DNA from: Planctomycetota bacterium
GTDB lineage: Bacteria > Planctomycetota > UBA11346
DNA: 64,000 bases
Direction: 5' to 3'
Assembly: GCA_016745075.1 (NCBI GenBank)
Contig: JADGDD010000002.1
Span: forward strand, 2,034 to 66,033
Positions 59,604 to 64,000 of this stretch are shown here, one piece after another. The notes under the pieces are model-generated. The model made no database searches, was not told the DNA's origin, and was given only the letters and a program-made list of their open reading frames with translations. A program made the translations under genes and the position numbers. Numbering within the stretch: the first letter of the stretch is position 1; each line of letters begins with the position of its first letter.

Positions 59604-61346
59604 ATGGCCAAAGAAGCACATTCAGCATTCAAAACCTTACGGATTTTAATACGTCTTATTGGGGCTGGCCCCATGAGTCATACGTGGATCGCGTTGGTTA
59701 ACTTAGTAAAAACCTTACCTGTGCTATTGGCTCCAGTATTCCTTTCGGAATTGGTTAGGATTGCACGGCACAACGAATCCGAAGATCAGACATGGCTTAT
59801 TACGCTCTGTATTGGTTTTGCGGTATTAATTCTGATGAATGTGCCAGTGCATGTGTATTTTATTCATTTAACAAGTCGTTTAACGCGCCGTATGGAATAT
59901 GATTTACGTACACGCCTTATTCAATGTATGCAACGATTGTCAATGGGTTTTCATACGGCAACTCCATCTGGCTCTTTGCAGGCGAAGGTTTTACGTGATG
60001 TAGATTCCTTAGTGCAACTGGTTACTGTTCTTTTTGCGGTGTGTTTACCATCGCTTGTAGGTGGAATTTGGTCATTAAGTTTTGCTTTTATCAGTAACCC
60101 GCTCGTTGGTATTGCGTTTGTTGTAGCCACACCACCAGCAGTATTATTATTACGAGGATTCCGTGCTCCCTTAAAAGAAACGAATAAACGGTATCGACAG
60201 CGAATGGAGCATATGGCATCTCGTCTTTCAGAAATGATTGATCTTATTCCTATGACACGTGCCCATGGGAATGAGTCAACAGAAGAGCGAGTCGCAGAAG
60301 GGCATCTCCAGCATGTACAACATGAAGGTCATAGTTTAGATAAAACAACGGCTCTCTTTCAATCATCAAGTTGGGCTTGTATGCAGATGTTATTATGTAG
60401 TGTGGCATCGTTATCGGCAGTGCTAGCATGGATGGGACATATGTCAGTTGAACATATTATTCTCTATCATGGTTTGTTCGCTTTAGTTGTTGGTCACTTT
60501 ACTCAATTTATGATGTTTTTACCACAATTAGCGCGTGGAGTTGATGCGATAGAATCGATGGATGAAGTGTTGTCATCACCGGAGGTAGAAGAAAACGAAG
60601 GGAAAATGCATCTAGAAGATGTGCGTGGTGCTTTAGCATTTAAGCAGGTGAAATTTTCTTACCCAGACGGACAAACAGCTTTGCATAATTTTTCCTTATC
60701 TGTGGAGCCAGGAGAATGCGTGGCTTTTGTTGGTCCATCTGGTTCAGGCAAATCAACATTATTAAATTTACTTATCGGTTTCTGGAGAACACAAGGTGGA
60801 TCTATTCATTTAGAGGGTATAGACCAAGAAAATATAGATATGCGTTCATGGCGTAAACATGTAGCGGTGGTTCCGCAGACAACGGTTCTGGTTTCAGGGT
60901 CCGTGCGGGATAATGTTTGTTATGGTATGGAAGGGCTTTCTGATGACGATGTGTGGAGTGCGTTACAGGTTGCAGACTTGGCAGAGACCATCGATGCTTG
61001 GCCGAACAAATTAGAGACAGAAATTGGATCAAATGGAGTTAAATTATCTGGCGGTCAACGTCAACGTCTCGCAATAGCACGAGCGGTTATTCGTGATCCC
61101 AAAGTCATTATTTTGGATGAGGCGACTTCAGCACTGGATGTGTTTAGTGAAAATGCTATTCAAGAATCCATAGATCGTTTAACCACAGGTAGAACGACAT
61201 TAATTGTCGCACACCGCTTATCGACAATTAAAAAAGCGAGCCGTGTTGTGGTGATGAAAGATGGCTGTTGCGTGGAAAGTGGCACCCGTGCAGAGCTGTT
61301 GGCTCAACAGGGCATTTTCTACGATATGCACAAAATGCAGGCCTAG
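59604..61346 (+). CDS. ABC transporter, fused permease/ATPase exporter (MsbA-like)
   Basis: Six-helix TMD followed by Walker A (GPSGSGKST), signature LSGGQRQRLAIARA and Walker B IILDEATSALD. Confidence 0.85.
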   Translation: MAKEAHSAFKTLRILIRLIGAGPMSHTWIALVNLVKTLPVLLAPVFLSELVRIARHNESEDQTWLITLCIGFAVLILMNVPVHVYFIHLTSRLTRRMEYDLRTRLIQCMQRLSMGFHTATPSGSLQAKVLRDVDSLVQLVTVLFAVCLPSLVGGIWSLSFAFISNPLVGIAFVVATPPAVLLLRGFRAPLKETNKRYRQRMEHMASRLSEMIDLIPMTRAHGNESTEERVAEGHLQHVQHEGHSLDKTTALFQSSSWACMQMLLCSVASLSAVLAWMGHMSVEHIILYHGLFALVVGHFTQFMMFLPQLARGVDAIESMDEVLSSPEVEENEGKMHLEDVRGALAFKQVKFSYPDGQTALHNFSLSVEPGECVAFVGPSGSGKSTLLNLLIGFWRTQGGSIHLEGIDQENIDMRSWRKHVAVVPQTTVLVSGSVRDNVCYGMEGLSDDDVWSALQVADLAETIDAWPNKLETEIGSNGVKLSGGQRQRLAIARAVIRDPKVIILDEATSALDVFSENAIQESIDRLTTGRTTLIVAHRLSTIKKASRVVVMKDGCCVESGTRAELLAQQGIFYDMHKMQA

Positions 61347-61349
61347 GAA

Positions 61350-64000
61350 TTATTTCATGCCGAGCATGTCTTGCACTTGCTCGGCAAGGTCTGGATGACT
61401 ATCTTCCCAAACGTCTAAGGCTTCAAAAAGGTCATCTTCATTAAGTTTCATGTTTGAGAAGCTAAATATAGTCGGTGGATTATAGAGAAGTGGTTCTATA
61501 GAAGCAATTGGGTTCTCGTCACACATCAAAGATTGTAAATGTATATTTTCTAGTGGGAGTAATGAACTGATAGAGCAGTTGGTACAAAAAAGCTTACTCA
61601 AAGCTGGAAGGTTTTGAACAAAATCAAGTGATGTAATATTGCTACATGAATTAATGTTGAGTTCACGAAGGCTTTCTGACGTAAATGTTGAGAGGCTAGA
61701 AAGGGAGGTCCCATTAATAAATAATTGCTCAAGTTTACAGTTTTCAATGCCTGCTAAAGATGTAATGCCTGTATATGCTAGTGACAGTGTTGTCAGTGTG
61801 GACTGTGGAGTGGCGGCTAAAGGACTGAGGTCAGTAACCAGCGTGTTATCAAGCATCAGGCTTTGAAGTGGCATTTTACTTAAATTATCAAGAGATGAAA
61901 TCTGGGTATAAGATAGATCAGCATGTATGAGTTTTGACAAACGAAGAGGGCCAAGGTCTTTCAGTTTAGAACAATTCGTAATATTAATGGTTTTAAGCTT
62001 TGCATTGCTGAGCGGTTCGAGTGTGGTGATATGTTTGTTGTCACTAATAGTCAAATGGTGGAGCGGTAATTCGGCAAGTGTTTTAATGGATGAATTGGTT
62101 AGTGATGGGCCAGCAATAAGGCGATTGAGTGGGATGATTTTTGGCTTAATCAATGGCGTTAAATTGCTGCTGATTGGGGCAAGAAGTCTGAGGCTGAGGC
62201 CATCAGCATTGTGGTAGAGTTGAAAATGTTCTTTTTTCCAACCATGATTGATAAGTTGGTCTCGCCATGTTTTCAGGCCAGCCCTAATTTTATTATTAAT
62301 GGTGGCGTTTTCGAGCCCTTCATTCGCACGACGTTTACGGTCTTTTGAAAGGTTTGCGGTCAGTAATATGTCTCTGTATAACATAATCGCTGTACGGTAT
62401 TCTCTCAGTGAGAGGAAGTGGTCGGCAATATCAAGGATGTCCGTTAATTGAGACGGTGCACGTTCTTCTATGGTGACATCGTGCAGAGTGCAGGATGTGT
62501 TGTTGAAGTAGAGGCCGCATTTATTAAATTCATCACCACCAAGGATTCCATTTTCGTCGGTGACGGATAATAATTCTTGGTCGTTAATCGTAAGCGAGAG
62601 AGTGTTTCCTGATATTTGTGCAACAACAAGATAGGTTGTACCAGAACTAGGAATCCATGTAGATTCTGCCAGTGGGCGCGATTCGTTGCCGTCTGCACGG
62701 AGAATGCGAGTAGAGGTATTGCCCCAGCCGCCAATATTAAAAATATATCCATGAGAATAGTGACTGCCGCGTAGAATGGCATTAAAGCCGCCATCTGTAC
62801 CCTCATGCCAAGTTACGCGGTAAATGATACGCATGTCGCCATGATATGCGGCGTTACGAATTAAATGCAGGGGAGCAACGCGTTCCGGCATAATTTTGAG
62901 GCCGTCTTGTTCAAGTGAGATTATATTTTTGGGTAAGTGACGTAGGTATTTACTGGTAATGTGGAGATGGCTATCCCAGCCGGTATGGCAATTCCAGTCT
63001 TTGTCATAGGGTTGAAGTTTTGTTTTGTCAAAATGGGTGCTCCAAACTTCACGCCAAATTGGTTTAGTGTTTTCGTAGAGTTCAGTTTCTAACGTTTCTT
63101 TGGCTGCGACTAGCTCTTTGTTTTCTAACTGAACGAGTTCTTGTTCTTTTTTAATGCTGCTGGTTATTATTGCAGAGAAAATAAAGGCAGCAATGACGAG
63201 GGTTGCGGCAAGAATCGAAATAGAACAGATGGCGCGGTGTCGTCGATAAAATTTAGCAATTTGTTCAGGTAAACTGTCTATCTTAGCAGAAATGCTGCGG
63301 CCATCTAAATATCCTAACACATCTTCTCGTAAATCAGCCACTGTTTGGTAACGATTGTCTGGATTATAGCGCAGGGCTTTCATGCATATGGCAGCAAGTT
63401 CAGGAGGTAAGTCATTTTGGTGACTTTCCGGTGGTGGGATGTGGCCATGAGCTGCTGCATGAATTGTTTCATCTAAGGTCTTGCAGTTGACGGGTGGGTG
63501 CCCCGTCAGTATTTCATAAAGAATGCCGCCAAGTGCATAGATGTCACTGCGTCCATCAACAGATTTTATTTTCCCCTGTGCCTGCTCTGGCGACATATAG
63601 GCAGGAGTGCCAATGATGCTCCCGTCCAAGGTATTATGAGAAGAAGCGTCACCAGCGGTGTCAGAAAAAATTTCATCTACGGAAGAGGCGGAACGTTCAT
63701 CAGCATTATCTGAGTGTTGATCACTGAGGTTTTTTGCGAGGCCCCAGTCCATCACCATGACTTCACCATATTCACCAACCATGATATTGTCTGGTTTGAG
63801 GTCTCGATGAATCACCCGTTTGGCATGCGCGTAGTCAATACCATTACATATATTGATAAACATATTAATTAAAAACCATTGTCCTGGTTTTTGTTCTGGT
63901 TTATCATTGAGCACTTCTGCAAGACTGCGGCCACGAACAAGTTTCATGGTAAAATAGGAGCGACCAGCTTTATCAACGCCAAGTTCATGAACAGGAACAA
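61350..64000 (-). CDS. Receptor-like membrane Ser/Thr kinase with C-terminal leucine-rich-repeat ectodomain. 5' end lies beyond the window.
   Basis: Kinase motifs HRDLKPDNIMV, DWGLA, GTPAYMSPE. The reading frame continues upstream of the reported M to the window edge (…VDKAGRSYFTMKLVRGRSL…). TM (ILAATLVIAAFIFSAIITS). C-terminal LRR units (L..L..L…N.I..L.PL). Confidence 0.8.
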   Translation of the reverse strand, partial: VPVHELGVDKAGRSYFTMKLVRGRSLAEVLNDKPEQKPGQWFLINMFINICNGIDYAHAKRVIHRDLKPDNIMVGEYGEVMVMDWGLAKNLSDQHSDNADERSASSVDEIFSDTAGDASSHNTLDGSIIGTPAYMSPEQAQGKIKSVDGRSDIYALGGILYEILTGHPPVNCKTLDETIHAAAHGHIPPPESHQNDLPPELAAICMKALRYNPDNRYQTVADLREDVLGYLDGRSISAKIDSLPEQIAKFYRRHRAICSISILAATLVIAAFIFSAIITSSIKKEQELVQLENKELVAAKETLETELYENTKPIWREVWSTHFDKTKLQPYDKDWNCHTGWDSHLHITSKYLRHLPKNIISLEQDGLKIMPERVAPLHLIRNAAYHGDMRIIYRVTWHEGTDGGFNAILRGSHYSHGYIFNIGGWGNTSTRILRADGNESRPLAESTWIPSSGTTYLVVAQISGNTLSLTINDQELLSVTDENGILGGDEFNKCGLYFNNTSCTLHDVTIEERAPSQLTDILDIADHFLSLREYRTAIMLYRDILLTANLSKDRKRRANEGLENATINNKIRAGLKTWRDQLINHGWKKEHFQLYHNADGLSLRLLAPISSNLTPLIKPKIIPLNRLIAGPSLTNSSIKTLAELPLHHLTISDNKHITTLEPLSNAKLKTINITNCSKLKDLGPLRLSKLIHADLSYTQISSLDNLSKMPLQSLMLDNTLVTDLSPLAATPQSTLTTLSLAYTGITSLAGIENCKLEQLFINGTSLSSLSTFTSESLRELNINSCSNITSLDFVQNLPALSKLFCTNCSISSLLPLENIHLQSLMCDENPIASIEPLLYNPPTIFSFSNMKLNEDDLFEALDVWEDSHPDLAEQVQDMLGMK

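Overview
This 64 kb window appears to be a chromosomal segment from a PVC-superphylum-like bacterium (Lentisphaerae/Verrucomicrobia/Planctomycetes style), about 60 genes at high coding density. The assignment rests on several signs: four Hanks-type Ser/Thr kinases, an FHA protein, two ECF sigma/anti-sigma pairs, four AraC regulators next to glycoside hydrolases, a TonB-dependent receptor, secreted EF-hand proteins and a DUF285/BspA lipoprotein. The supplied ORF track uses TTG/GTG starts as well as ATG. Housekeeping genes are rluD, pth, infC, ybaB, dnaE and an avtA-like aminotransferase.

The clearest accessory feature is an ~8.2 kb integrative island (about 13555-21772) in the 3' end of a tRNA-Leu(GAG) gene. 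It carries a tyrosine integrase, Xis/AlpA regulators, a DUF3987 replication-type protein, an orphan 352-aa cargo gene next to the integrase and a BspA-like lipoprotein. Other notable loci are:
- an active membrane Ser/Thr kinase beside a paralogous catalytically dead pseudokinase, flanked by an FHA-GAF protein whose C-terminal HD-GYP-like domain is also degenerate, and a ThiF/E1-like enzyme;
- a tightly linked operon of a clan GH-A (GH5-like) enzyme and a membrane-anchored pentaheme c-type cytochrome;
- two adjacent secreted EF-hand proteins, one with Cys-rich 12-aa tandem repeats;
- a receptor-like kinase with a leucine-rich-repeat ectodomain;
- a pseudogene inactivated by a 79-bp out-of-frame tandem duplication.

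I saw no CRISPR array and no rRNA. All functional calls are motif-level readings of the translations. I could not run any database search.
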